Notes: generated by a model from the sequence alone, not told the origin. A stretch of DNA of 64,000 nucleotides from Nitrosopumilus sp. (GCA_965205215.1 OZ242041.1:2034240-2098239), one strand, 5' to 3'; positions 20,241 to 30,025 are shown, counted from the first letter of the stretch. Numbers and translations: made by a program.

Positions 20241-20337
20241 CATTACATACCTCCGTTATAACTATATCTTATCCAACTATTACATTCTCGGACATAACTA
20301 CAACTTACCTAACCATTACATAACTATGATAACCTTA
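20241..20337. promoter_or_regulatory. Degenerate 36-37-bp tandem array upstream of the wHTH gene (candidate operators)
   Basis: YATTACAT-n8-9-ATAACTA-n3-CTTAYCYAAC twice plus a compressed third unit. Confidence 0.55.
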
Positions 20338-20528
20338 TTGTCCTCCGGCGGCACCCGGACCTTTCCCGCCAAAGCCGCGAAGGGCTCAAAGATCGCGATG
20401 CCCCGGGGCGGCAAGGCTCATGGATCATATGATAGCCGCCACGCCTAACTGGCAGGAGGTGTCGGCTCAAGGCAGGTGCTGCACGCGAGCTGCAGGTGCC
20501 GCAGTCACATAGGCGGCGGCAGGAGCGG

Positions 20529-23500
20529 CTACTGGACCGGCGCGCTCCGGACTGTTACGACTACCGTGTCGGTGGCAGTGTCAGTGCCGTCAGAGACTGT
20601 AAGGGTGAGGGTGTAGTTGGTGTCGGCCGAGATGTCCGGCGCCGTGAAGGACGGGGCGGGGGCGTCGGCATTCTTGAGTGGGATGGGCGGCGAGATCGTC
20701 CAGCCGTACGTGATCGAGTCGCCGTCCGGGTCGGAGGATGCGAAGCCGTTGAGGTAGACGATGGCGCCCTCAGAGACGGTCAAGTCTGCCCCCGCGTCGG
20801 CTGTGGGCGGCAGGTTGTTCTCGACTGTTACGACTACCGTGTCGGTGGCAGTGTCAGTGCCGTCAGAGACTGTAAGGGTGAGGGTGTAGTTGGTGTCGGC
20901 CGAGATGTCCGGCGCCGTGAAGGACGGGGCGGGGGCGTCGGCATTCTTGAGGGTGACGGATGGCGAGATCGTCCAGCCGTACGTGATCGAGTCGCCGTCC
21001 GGATCGGAGGATGCGAAGCCGCTGAGGTAGACGGTGGCGCCCTCGCGCACGGTCAGGTCGGCTCCCGCGTCGGCTGTGGGCGCCCGGTTCGTCGGCTGCT
21101 GCTGCTGCTGGGCCGACACGCTCCGGACCGTTACTACCATGGTGTCGGTGTCGGTGTCGGTGCCGTCGGAGACCGTAAGGGTGATGGTGTAGGGGGTGTC
21201 TGACGTGACGGAGGGCGCCGCGAACGACGGGGCCGCGGTGTTGGCGTTCTGGAGGGTTATGCCCTGCGGAGCAGTCCAGCTGTACGACAGGGAATCGCCG
21301 TCGGGGTCGGAGGACGACGAGCCGTTCAGATTCACGGTGGCGCCCTCAGAGACGGTCTGGTCTGCTCCCGCGTCGGCTGTGGGCGGCAGGTTGACGTTCC
21401 GGACCGTTACTATCACCGTGTCGGTGTCGGTGTCGGTGCCGTCGGAGACTGCAAGGGTGATGGTGTAGGGGGTGTCTGACGTGACGGAGGGCGCCGCGAA
21501 CGACGGGGCCGCGGTGTTGGCGTTCTGGAGGGTTATGCCCTGCGGGGCAGTCCAGCTGTACGACAGGGAATCGCCGTCGGGGTCGGAGGACGACGAGCCG
21601 TTCAGATTCACGGTGGCGCCCTCAGAGACGGTCTGGTCTGCTCCCGCGTCGGCTGTGGGCGGCAGGTTGACGTTCCGGACCGTTACTATCATGGTATCGG
21701 TGTCGGTGTCGGTGCCGTCGGAGACTGCAAGGGTGATGGTGTAGGGGGTGTCTGACGCGACTGGGGGCGCCGCGAACGACGGGGCCGCGGTGTTGGCGTT
21801 CTGGAGGGTTATGCCCTGCGGGGCAACCCAGAGGTATGACAGGGTATCGCCGTCCGGGTCGGAGGACGACGAGCCGTCCAAGCTGACGGCGGAACCCTCA
21901 GAGACGGTCTGGTCTGTTCCCGCGTCGGCCGCGGGCGGCCGGTTCAGGTGCGAGGAGGCGTAAATTTCAAGCTGCCGCGTGTTGCCGGTGCCGAACGAAT
22001 CTGCGGACTCGGCCCCGATGTTTATGAGATACTTGTCTTTCGGGGGGGCGTTTGGCTTTATCATCAGGACGTTGTCAGAAGATATGGTAAAGTTTGCGTT
22101 GTCCGGATATGCACCGGTGTCCACAAGCGAGTAGGACGGATTATGGCGGTGCAGTACGGCGTTCTGTGCGGCAATCTCCGCCGCGTACGTGCCGTCCCCG
22201 CCAATGCGCGTGCTGTTGAGCGTAATGTACCAGGGCCCCAGATTTTGACTAAAGGCGCTGGCGTAGTAGAACATGTAGTACATGTCGGCCACGTTTGAGA
22301 CGTCCCAGCCGGAGATGTCGGAGTTGAACTCGTAGGTTATATAGAACATTTCGCTCATGTCGGTTACACTGGAGGTGTCCCAGCCGGAGAGGTCGGCGGC
22401 AATGTTGTAGGCGTGGGAGAACATGCCCCTCATGTCGGTTACGCTGGAGGTGTCCCAGCCGGAGATGTCTCCGTTGAAATCCATGGCGTCCTGGAACATG
22501 CGGCTCATGTCGGTTACGCTGGAGGTGTTCCAGCCGGAGAGGTCGGCGTTGAAATACATGGCGCCGTAGAACATGCCGCTCATGTCGGTTACGCTGGAGG
22601 TGTTCCAGCCGGAGAGGTCGGGGGTGGCACCGGATTCAAAAAACATGTAGCTCATGTCGGTTACGCGCGAGGTGTCCCAGCCGGAGAGGTCGGCGTCGAA
22701 GTAGTAGGCATTGTAGAACATGCCGCTCATGTCGGTTACGCTGGAGGTGTTCCAGCCGGAGAGGTCGCCGTTGAAGTGACTGGAGCGGAACATTTCGCTC
22801 ATGTTGGTCACGCGCGAGGTGTCCCAGCCGGAGAGACAAGGGGACGTGTTCCAGTCACCGCAGAAGCCGCTGATTTCGGAGAACATTCTGTTCATGTCGG
22901 TTACGCTGGAGGTGTCCCAGTCGGAGATGTTTGCACTGAAGCTGTAAGCGCGGAAGAATGTTTCGCCCATGTCGGTTACGCTGGAGGTGTCCCAGTCGGA
23001 GAGGTCGGCGTCGAAGTAAGCGGCACCGCGGAACATGCGGTTCATGTCGGTTACGCTGGAGGTGTCCCAGTCGGAGAGGTCGGCGTCGAAGTTGTGGGCA
23101 TTGTAGAACATGCGGTTCATGTCGGTTACGCTGGAGATGTCCCAGCCGGAGAGGTCGGCGTCGAAGTTGTGGGCGCCGTCGAACATGCCGCTCATGTCGG
23201 TTACGCTGGAGGTGTTCCAGCCGGAGAGGTCGCCGTTGAAATAGTAGGCAGAGCTGAACATCCTCGACAGACTGGACACGCCCGAGAGGTTCGGGCTGTC
23301 GTCCGCGGCGTATCTCACGTTTCTTGCGTCCGCGAATGCAGACTCCATGGACGACCACCGCATGGAGCCCCACTGGTCGATGCTCTTCAGCTTTTCGGCG
23401 TTTGTGACATCCCCGCCCAGAAGTATTCTCGTAAAGTCGCCCGAGATTCGCACGGTATAGGTGCCTGCCCACGCGTACGTGTGCTCCTGGTCGCCGCTCA

Positions 23501-23747
23501 CGCCCAAGCTGGTGTTGCCGTCACCCCAGTCTATGGCGTAGGTACCGGTGGCGCCGCCCACCGGAATTTTTATCGTCCTGTCATCCCAGGTGACGCTCCA
23601 TACGGTGACAAAGTCGTCAGAAGGGGCGGCCGCGGCCGGCACGGCGGCCGGCAGCAACGCAAACGCGGCGCATGCCCCGCCCACCACCAAGACAGCAACT
23701 GACACAATCAATACACGAGCCGCACTCGAGAGTAACGCGCGTGTCAA
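20529..23747 (-). CDS. Large secreted/surface protein: BspA-like DUF285 repeats plus five PKD-like Ig repeats
   Basis: Signal peptide; tandem F(N/D)ADLSGWDTSSVTDMSxMF repeats; PPTADAG.D..V.EG..SSDPDGD repeats. Confidence 0.9.
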   Translation of the reverse strand: MTRALLSSAARVLIVSVAVLVVGGACAAFALLPAAVPAAAAPSDDFVTVWSVTWDDRTIKIPVGGATGTYAIDWGDGNTSLGVSGDQEHTYAWAGTYTVRISGDFTRILLGGDVTNAEKLKSIDQWGSMRWSSMESAFADARNVRYAADDSPNLSGVSSLSRMFSSAYYFNGDLSGWNTSSVTDMSGMFDGAHNFDADLSGWDISSVTDMNRMFYNAHNFDADLSDWDTSSVTDMNRMFRGAAYFDADLSDWDTSSVTDMGETFFRAYSFSANISDWDTSSVTDMNRMFSEISGFCGDWNTSPCLSGWDTSRVTNMSEMFRSSHFNGDLSGWNTSSVTDMSGMFYNAYYFDADLSGWDTSRVTDMSYMFFESGATPDLSGWNTSSVTDMSGMFYGAMYFNADLSGWNTSSVTDMSRMFQDAMDFNGDISGWDTSSVTDMRGMFSHAYNIAADLSGWDTSSVTDMSEMFYITYEFNSDISGWDVSNVADMYYMFYYASAFSQNLGPWYITLNSTRIGGDGTYAAEIAAQNAVLHRHNPSYSLVDTGAYPDNANFTISSDNVLMIKPNAPPKDKYLINIGAESADSFGTGNTRQLEIYASSHLNRPPAADAGTDQTVSEGSAVSLDGSSSSDPDGDTLSYLWVAPQGITLQNANTAAPSFAAPPVASDTPYTITLAVSDGTDTDTDTMIVTVRNVNLPPTADAGADQTVSEGATVNLNGSSSSDPDGDSLSYSWTAPQGITLQNANTAAPSFAAPSVTSDTPYTITLAVSDGTDTDTDTVIVTVRNVNLPPTADAGADQTVSEGATVNLNGSSSSDPDGDSLSYSWTAPQGITLQNANTAAPSFAAPSVTSDTPYTITLTVSDGTDTDTDTMVVTVRSVSAQQQQQPTNRAPTADAGADLTVREGATVYLSGFASSDPDGDSITYGWTISPSVTLKNADAPAPSFTAPDISADTNYTLTLTVSDGTDTATDTVVVTVENNLPPTADAGADLTVSEGAIVYLNGFASSDPDGDSITYGWTISPPIPLKNADAPAPSFTAPDISADTNYTLTLTVSDGTDTATDTVVVTVRSAPVQ
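20550..21940 (-). repeat. Intragenic PKD-domain repeats (three 276-bp and two ~270-bp units)
   Basis: Near-identical DNA units (shadow ORFs recur at 21196, 21472, 21748). Confidence 0.9.
22250..23300 (-). repeat. Intragenic ~75-bp (25-aa) DUF285 repeats
   Basis: Recurring CATGTCGGTTACGCTGGAGGTGTCCCAG, more than 10 copies. Confidence 0.9.
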
Positions 23748-24009
23748 TACTGCCCATCATGACATCAGTATATAACGTAACGGTAAATGTAACTATATGT
23801 TTCCTAATTGTACCAGTAGACGCGTCATACCGTCGTCGACAGGGACACGGCAGGTGTGCATGGGGCGGATTAGGGAACAAAGTTACGGCCTGCGATCAGA
23901 TAAATATCGCACGTGCCGCTTTTTCCTCGTGTCTTCGTCCTCCCCCCTCTCGCCCATACCGTGGTTTGACGACATACAGGGCGTTGCGTACCGGTACTAT
24001 GACCTGCGG

Positions 24010-24537
24010 ATGAACGTGGCCCCGCTGATTGCGGACCAAAAGCAGTCACTGTACATATGGCAAGAGACCATACACTGGTGGCTCGACCACACCATCAAGA
24101 TCAGGTTCGTCGAGTCCGACGGCGACGGCACCTACTGGTTCATCATGGGCGCCCAGACCCAGAGGCCCTCCTCGAACCTCTCGTTTTACAAGAATCTCCC
24201 GATATCAGACAATTATGAGCGCTTCAAAAAGGGGCACGACGGCGAGGCATATCTGCGGCTTGGCGTGTACAAGAAAAAGGCGCTCGAGGAGGCCAAGGGA
24301 GGCGAGATCTGCAAGTGTGGCCACGAGGCAAGTGATCACGACGAGAACGACAATGACGCGTGCCTCTACAAGGTATGCGACTGCAAGGAGTTTGTCACGT
24401 TCCAGGTTACGCTGTCCCGCAGAAAAAAGACGGTGACCGACATTGAATTCATCAGCGAATCCGACGAGGAGGCGGTCCGGGGCGACCCGCTCGTATGGAA
24501 CTGCATGTACACGCACAAGTACTCCAAGGAATCATGA
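24010..24537 (+). CDS. Hypothetical protein with a Cys/His-rich metal-binding motif
   Basis: CKCGH...H...C...C.C. Confidence 0.7.
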   Translation: MNVAPLIADQKQSLYIWQETIHWWLDHTIKIRFVESDGDGTYWFIMGAQTQRPSSNLSFYKNLPISDNYERFKKGHDGEAYLRLGVYKKKALEEAKGGEICKCGHEASDHDENDNDACLYKVCDCKEFVTFQVTLSRRKKTVTDIEFISESDEEAVRGDPLVWNCMYTHKYSKES

Positions 24538-24583
24538 TGATAATGACTATAGGTAGCAGTGGCGGCGACAGACGCAGACGCGG

Positions 24584-24751
24584 CTAGTCAAGATCCCTGT
24601 TGACCCTGACGTGCTCTCCGGGATAATGATCGTGTATCCTCTTTGAATAGCAGTTGCCGCATAGCGGGCCCTCCACGTCCCACTCCTTCATAGGGTAGAA
24701 TTCACGCTGGGTCGATGCCTTGCACACGGTGCACGTCTTCTCCCTTGCCAT
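24584..24751 (-). CDS. Small zinc-finger protein
   Basis: CxxC...CxxC in 55 aa; TATA-like element upstream. Confidence 0.7.
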   Translation of the reverse strand: MAREKTCTVCKASTQREFYPMKEWDVEGPLCGNCYSKRIHDHYPGEHVRVNRDLD

Positions 24752-24912
24752 CGGCCGCGCTATCTTGCATCTGTATAAAAACGATCTTTCAGGCGGGTTC
24801 CACATGGTGACGCGTGCCCGTACATGGATCGGACGGGGCATGCGCGGCCCTTGGACTCAACTATTTAGCACCCTGCGGGCCGCGCCAATGCGTGGAGGGC
24901 AACATCCGGCTG

Positions 24913-25377
24913 ATGGTTGTGGCCGCGATAGCGGCATCCGTACTTGCGGTTTCGGTGGTGGCGGTGGTGGCGGTAATCGCGATTGACGAGTCTGATCCCT
25001 CCGGCAACGGCTCGGGGGCCGGCGATAACGGCGCGACCAATATGGACGGCACCGTGCAGACACTGGACCCGGATGGCCGCGACACAGACGTCTCAATGCC
25101 GACAAAGGTGTCGCGGCCAGGCTGCGAGGAGACCGACGGCTGCTACATGCCGTCCGTATACGAGGCGCCTGCCGGGGAGCCCATAACGTGGACAAACGAG
25201 GACTCTGCATTCCACACCGTGACGGCCGGCACGTACGACAGCCCGGCAGGTACCTTTGATAGCGGGTACATGGACCCGTACGACTCCTACACGCTCTCCT
25301 TCAAGGCCCCAGGCACGTACAAGTACTACTGCACGCTGCATCCCTGGATGGAGGGTACGGTAATCATAACCCCCTGA
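24913..25377 (+). CDS. Plastocyanin/azurin-family blue copper protein
   Basis: N-terminal TM; WTNEDSAFHTVT; YYCTLHPWM type-1 Cu ligands. Confidence 0.93.
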   Translation: MVVAAIAASVLAVSVVAVVAVIAIDESDPSGNGSGAGDNGATNMDGTVQTLDPDGRDTDVSMPTKVSRPGCEETDGCYMPSVYEAPAGEPITWTNEDSAFHTVTAGTYDSPAGTFDSGYMDPYDSYTLSFKAPGTYKYYCTLHPWMEGTVIITP

Positions 25378-25385
25378 TAATTACG

Positions 25386-25457
25386 AGGTAAGAGAGGGAG
25401 TCGAACCCCCTTGTATAGGCTTTGCAGGCCCACGCATAACCGTTCTGCCACCTTACC
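25386..25457 (-). tRNA. tRNA-Cys(GCA)
   Basis: GGTAAGG/TCTTACC acceptor stem; TGGGC-CT-GCA-AA-GCCTA; GGTTCGACTCC. Confidence 0.93.
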
Positions 25458-25491
25458 GGCGTGCGTGAGGCGCGCAAGCAATTAATCCTTG

Positions 25492-25710
25492 CTATATCCG
25501 GTAGTGGCGCGTCGCCATCCTGACGTCCTCGCCCTTGACGGTCCGGCGGTTTGCATGCCCCGCCATCTCTACGGCGCCCTTTGCTATGCCGTCTGCTACC
25601 TCCTCTACGGTTCTTCTAAGCTCCTCGGCCGACTCGTCGCTGACCCGGGCGGCCCCCGCTTTTTTGAGGATCCTGTACATGACGGTGATGCCAAACTCTG
25701 ATTTTGCCAT
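25492..25710 (-). CDS. Archaeal histone (HMf-like)
   Basis: RILKKAGAARVS..A..A.HANRRTVK.EDV. Confidence 0.92.
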   Translation of the reverse strand: MAKSEFGITVMYRILKKAGAARVSDESAEELRRTVEEVADGIAKGAVEMAGHANRRTVKGEDVRMATRHYRI

Positions 25711-25802
25711 GCGCGCGTATGCGCGTCCCGCTCAAAAAGACACTAGGCAAAAAAAATGCAACCATTGAATCGATTTATACAAACCAACTTTGCTGTGCCA
25801 GC

Positions 25803-26576
25803 ATGGCGCGATACGTGGACTCCCATGTCCACCTGTCAGACGCCGAATATGCCGGCGAGTTGGATTACACGGTCTCGTACATGGAGCGCTTGGACATAGC
25901 CGCATGCGCCGTGTCCATGGACTACGCAGACTCGGTCAGGACGCTGGAGATATCCGACATGGGCGCCTGCATTCTGCCCTTTGTCGGGATACACCCCGAG
26001 CGCGTCGCGGGTCCCGACACGGAGGATGCGCTGCGCGATACCTCGGTTCTTGCCGAACAGAACGCCGACCGCATAGCCGGGATAGGCGAGATCGGGCTCG
26101 ACCCCACCTATGCCAGTGACGGCAGGATACCCTCGGGCCAAGTGCGCGTCTTTGAGCACATGCTGGAACTGGCGTCGCGACTCGGAAAGCCCGTCTCCAT
26201 ACACTCGAGAAAGAGCCTCGAGCGCGTGTTTGACGTCATGACATCTTTTGATGCGGAACGCGCGTCGCTGCACTGGTTTGACGGCAGCAAGAGGCAGCTT
26301 GCGCGGGCGCGCGACATGGGCTTTTACGTGTCATTTGGGCCAGTCGCCACATATGCAAACGACAAGCAGAGGCTGATTGAGCTGTCCGACATGGACAGGA
26401 TTCTGGTGGAGACAGACGGGCCCGTGCGGTTCTCAAGGTGCTTTGAGCTCAAGGCGGGACACCCCTGTTTTGTTGCAAGCGTGCTCCATGCCGTGGCAGA
26501 GGTGCGCCGCATGCCATTTGACTCCGCGGTGGACGCGGTTGCAGAAAACTCTGCAAACTATCTCGGGATGAGATGA
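25803..26576 (+). CDS. tatD: TatD-family DNase
   Basis: DSHVH, GIHP, IGEIGLD, IHSR, ETDGP. Confidence 0.92.
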   Translation: MARYVDSHVHLSDAEYAGELDYTVSYMERLDIAACAVSMDYADSVRTLEISDMGACILPFVGIHPERVAGPDTEDALRDTSVLAEQNADRIAGIGEIGLDPTYASDGRIPSGQVRVFEHMLELASRLGKPVSIHSRKSLERVFDVMTSFDAERASLHWFDGSKRQLARARDMGFYVSFGPVATYANDKQRLIELSDMDRILVETDGPVRFSRCFELKAGHPCFVASVLHAVAEVRRMPFDSAVDAVAENSANYLGMR

Positions 26577-26782
26577 TCCCTCGGAGGCCGGTGCGACACG
26601 CATGCGCCGGCCGCAGCGTGCCGGGCCGCATGCGGTGGTGGCAAGGGTCGGCAATGATAACGATATGGCGGTAGAGACGGCAACGGCGAGAGCGGCGCGG
26701 CCAGCCTGCTCGGCCCCCGCGCCAGCCTGCGACGGCACGGCGAGACTCATAGGTATAAAATACCCCCGCAGCATGTGGCGTT

Positions 26783-27268
26783 GTGGACAGGGTAAGACGC
26801 CTCTCACTTGAGGTACTGGAGAAACACCGGTCGGAGTTCGGCGAAGATTTTGCCCACAACAAAAAGACGCTCGACTGCATCTCCGTCGTACGCTCAAAGG
26901 GACTCAAGAACGAGATTGCAGGCTACATCACAAAGACGGTCAAAAACGAGATGCGCGCAGCAAGGGCGCGGGAGGCGCAGGAACGGGCAAGGGCCGAGGA
27001 GGAAGAGGCGCAGAGAGTCGCCGAGGAGGAGGCTGCCGCTGCCGCTGCAAAGGCGGCCGCGGCCAAGGACGAGCAGGGTGACGACGCGTCCGGCGGCGAT
27101 GTTGAACGCGCAAATGACAATAATGACGACGGTACTATAGACGACGGCAAGGAACCTGGCATGGTTGCCACTGCCGATGCCACTGCAGAAGGCGTCGAAA
27201 CCACGCTAGACGCGGCTTCCACCGCGCCACCTGCAAGCGACAGCGACAGTGCCGGAAGCAGTGCCTGA
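26783..27268 (+). CDS. rps17e: 30S ribosomal protein eS17 with low-complexity C-terminal tail
   Basis: F..DF..NK..SKGLKNEIAGYIT. Confidence 0.88.
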   Translation: MDRVRRLSLEVLEKHRSEFGEDFAHNKKTLDCISVVRSKGLKNEIAGYITKTVKNEMRAARAREAQERARAEEEEAQRVAEEEAAAAAAKAAAAKDEQGDDASGGDVERANDNNDDGTIDDGKEPGMVATADATAEGVETTLDAASTAPPASDSDSAGSSA

Positions 27269-27306
27269 TCTGATACAGTCTTAAGGCCTGCACGGGCGGG
27301 CCACGG

Positions 27307-28107
27307 ATGATGATTACAGTAGAGCTTGTCGGCGGCGCAAAAAAGTCGTTTGGGACCGACAGGGTGCACATAGAGAGATCCGAGATCACGATAACCGGGA
27401 TCTTTGAGGTGCTGCAGGGCATGCGCGTGGAGGGAGCCCCCGCACTGGATCCGCGCAACACGCTTGTCGCAATAAACGGCATCGACACATCTGCCGCCGA
27501 CGGCATGGACTCTGTTGCCAAAAGCGGCGACACGGTCAGCGTCATACCTGTGATACACGGGGGCGCCCGCGGCCGGGAGCGCGTCAGGTTTGAGATCGGG
27601 GGCAGGCGCCTAGAGGTTCTGGCGGTGCGGCCGGAGGGGCCGCCGGGTTCCGCGTTCCTCGATGATCTGCGCGGACGCCACCCAAGGCTGAGCATACAGG
27701 CGCTGTCCGCCAGGTTCGTACTGAACAGGTCCCACGCGCAAAAGATACTGGCCCTGTCAGTAGAGTCCGACAAGAGGGGCATCCTGATTGCAAACCGCGT
27801 CGAGACGGACATCCTGATGCGGTTTGCCCTCACCACGCAGATATCTGCCGCCATAAGGACTGCAGGCATCAGGCCCTCCTCATCGGACGCCTTTCTGGTC
27901 GTGTCCATGGGGCCCACAAGGGCGCTCGACTCGCTGTACAGGGAACTGGAGCCCCTTCTGACCGAGCCGTTCACGGCAGACAATGCGGGATTCCTGCGCA
28001 AAGAGTTCCGCATCACCAAGAGGACTATAAACTCGGCCCCGTCTGAGACGCCGCTCGAGGACGTCCTGGCAGAGCGCGCCGCGGTGCTAAACGCCTCTGC
28101 CGCGTGA
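27307..28107 (+). CDS. MoaD/ThiS ubiquitin-like domain fused to KEOPS subunit Cgi121
   Basis: LVAING..GD.V.VIPVIHGG followed by a Cgi121-like DIL.RFA.TTQIS.AI..G domain. Confidence 0.8.
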   Translation: MMITVELVGGAKKSFGTDRVHIERSEITITGIFEVLQGMRVEGAPALDPRNTLVAINGIDTSAADGMDSVAKSGDTVSVIPVIHGGARGRERVRFEIGGRRLEVLAVRPEGPPGSAFLDDLRGRHPRLSIQALSARFVLNRSHAQKILALSVESDKRGILIANRVETDILMRFALTTQISAAIRTAGIRPSSSDAFLVVSMGPTRALDSLYRELEPLLTEPFTADNAGFLRKEFRITKRTINSAPSETPLEDVLAERAAVLNASAA

Positions 28108-28108
28108 G

Positions 28109-28633
28109 TCACGCGTTCATGCCGCGGCGTACCTTTTCTGCACTAAAGATCTCCGAGTCGCGCAGTACGGAGATGCCGGTGGTCCCACCAAGTACCTCTA
28201 TCAGCACGGTCGCGTCGGCATGCTCAAGTGAGACGGGGTTGCTGATGCCGCGGGCGATTCCGGATATTATCTCGCTTCCGGAGACGCCCGTGTTGCGCTT
28301 TTCGACCGTGATCCTGTACGTCGCATCCCCGGGTATCTCTTGCAGGGCCATCGCAGTCGCCGCGTCAACAATCTCCCCGACGTCTGTCTTGACGGTCTCG
28401 AATACCGGGATGACCCTCAGGCAGTACCTTATCGACCACGGCTCGTCTTCGAGCGTCTCCCTGAACTTGGCCGGGACTGACGCCGGCTCGACCCCCGTGC
28501 TGGCAGTCAGGATTCCCGACATGGGGGTGACCGTAATGTCGGGGCTGTCGTCGCCCATCGATCCCAGCACTCTGGCAAGCTCGCCTGCCGCGTCCTCCTC
28601 AGTGTGCCTCGCGCACGTTATGATCAGGTTCAT
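28109..28633 (-). CDS. THUMP-domain RNA-binding protein
   Basis: TYRITVEKR..V.LE..D..V.IEV. Confidence 0.85.
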   Translation of the reverse strand: MNLIITCARHTEEDAAGELARVLGSMGDDSPDITVTPMSGILTASTGVEPASVPAKFRETLEDEPWSIRYCLRVIPVFETVKTDVGEIVDAATAMALQEIPGDATYRITVEKRNTGVSGSEIISGIARGISNPVSLEHADATVLIEVLGGTTGISVLRDSEIFSAEKVRRGMNA

Positions 28634-29274
28634 GCCCCTAGCAGCTCCTGCATGCTCAGCCGGCCGCCCTCCCTTATCATGGTGACGCGCCCGCCCCTGG
28701 CGTCCACGACGGTGGACTCCGCGGGGTCGCGTATGACTCCGCCGTCGAGGATCATGTCGTATCCCTTCATTGCGCCGGCGCACGCATCAGGATCGCCTGT
28801 CGACCCCGCGCCGGACACGTTGGCGCTGGTGCCTGCAATCATGCGGCAGGAGCCAAGCAGCATCTGGGCGCACCTGTGGGCGGGGACCCGGAGGGCGATC
28901 CCGCCCCCGTGCCCACCAAGGTGCAGGGACTCGGCAAGCCGCCTGTCGCGCACGTCGAGGATCATCGTAAGGGGGCCCGGCCAGAACCTGCTTGCCATGC
29001 GCCGAACCGCCTCGTCGTCCATTACGGATATCCTGCCGGCGGTCCTGGCGGAGTCGACTAGTACTGGCAGCGGCTTTGTCCGCTCCCTCGACTTTATGTC
29101 GTATACCCTCTGGACCGCCCTGGCGTTGTAGGGGTCGCATCCTATGCCGTATACCGTATCGGTCGGGAATATTATGACCCCCCCGCTTCTGACCAGCCGT
29201 GCGGCAGCAGCAATCCCGTCGCTGTCGCAGGCCACCCTGGTCATGGCCCCCTCGCCGCCGGTGTCCTCTGTCAT
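28630..29274 (-). CDS. L-threonylcarbamoyladenylate synthase (Sua5/TsaC)
   Basis: FPTDTVYGIG, KSR..KP, FWPGPLT, TSANVSG, REG. Confidence 0.93.
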   Translation of the reverse strand: MTEDTGGEGAMTRVACDSDGIAAAARLVRSGGVIIFPTDTVYGIGCDPYNARAVQRVYDIKSRERTKPLPVLVDSARTAGRISVMDDEAVRRMASRFWPGPLTMILDVRDRRLAESLHLGGHGGGIALRVPAHRCAQMLLGSCRMIAGTSANVSGAGSTGDPDACAGAMKGYDMILDGGVIRDPAESTVVDARGGRVTMIREGGRLSMQELLGA

Positions 29275-29383
29275 GGATGTGCTGCGCCGGCGCATCTAAT
29301 ATTTTGTACAGGGCCGCGTTCCGGCGGCCGTGCCTTGCAGGGGCGCGTCAAAGCTTTAATTCGGCCGCCGCGACGGGGCGCGC

Positions 29384-29584
29384 ATGTCCGACCCGACCGA
29401 CTACGGCGACACCGAGTTCGAGGACGACTTTGACGACGAGTTCGAGGACGACTTTGACGACGAGTTCGAGGCGGGGTTGCCGCCCTTGTCGTACAGCCGG
29501 GCATCATCGCCACCCTTGCCGCCACAACTGCCACCACAATCACCGACGGCGTCTCCCCCTGTATGTGACTCGGCATGGTCATGA
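29384..29584 (+). CDS. Putative small acidic peptide with 24-bp tandem repeats
   Basis: MSDPTDYGDT(EFEDDFDD)2EFE; TTTAAT box ~25 nt upstream. Confidence 0.4.
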   Translation: MSDPTDYGDTEFEDDFDDEFEDDFDDEFEAGLPPLSYSRASSPPLPPQLPPQSPTASPPVCDSAWS

Positions 29585-29625
29585 CGGAGGAGCCCGCTTC
29601 TGGCCGGGCGGCCTCGTGCCTGCCG

Positions 29626-29913
29626 TCATATGTTCAGGCCGTAGTCGCTTGAAAACTCCGTGAACGTGTTGTATGCCAGGAGGAACTCTCTTCCGTTCTC
29701 GCTTATCCTGTACTTGCTGGAGTTCTTTGTCCTGTCCACTTCCAAGAGTCCCTGCTTGACTAGCATGCTCAGTATCTCGGACAGCCGGGGGTACGAGACG
29801 TTGGCTTTCTTAATCAGGTATGTTACGGTGGCCCCCTGCTCGTCCTGGCAGTCGTCCCTGGTCGTGGATAGTATGTCTCCGATTATTTCCATGCGGGTGC
29901 GGTATCCTGCCAT
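29626..29913 (-). CDS. Winged-helix transcriptional regulator (paralog of 19952-20233)
   Basis: YRTRMEIIGDIL..KANVSYPRL..GLL..Y.ISENG. Confidence 0.85.
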   Translation of the reverse strand: MAGYRTRMEIIGDILSTTRDDCQDEQGATVTYLIKKANVSYPRLSEILSMLVKQGLLEVDRTKNSSKYRISENGREFLLAYNTFTEFSSDYGLNI

Positions 29914-30025
29914 GCATATGATACGCGCATCTTGTATGATAAAGTACTGATTTTGACTGGTAAACCAAAGAGCAAAAAGATCTTGACTAACTCTGCATGC
30001 GGCGTGCTCTCGGCCTGCGATCGCG

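Noticed and set aside
22250-23300. Regular ~75-bp repeats with variable intervals resembling a CRISPR array
   Set aside because: They are in-frame DUF285 protein repeats inside an intact ORF.
18926-25385. Possible island integrated at tRNA-Thr or tRNA-Cys
   Set aside because: No integrase and no duplicated tRNA 3' end found by eye.
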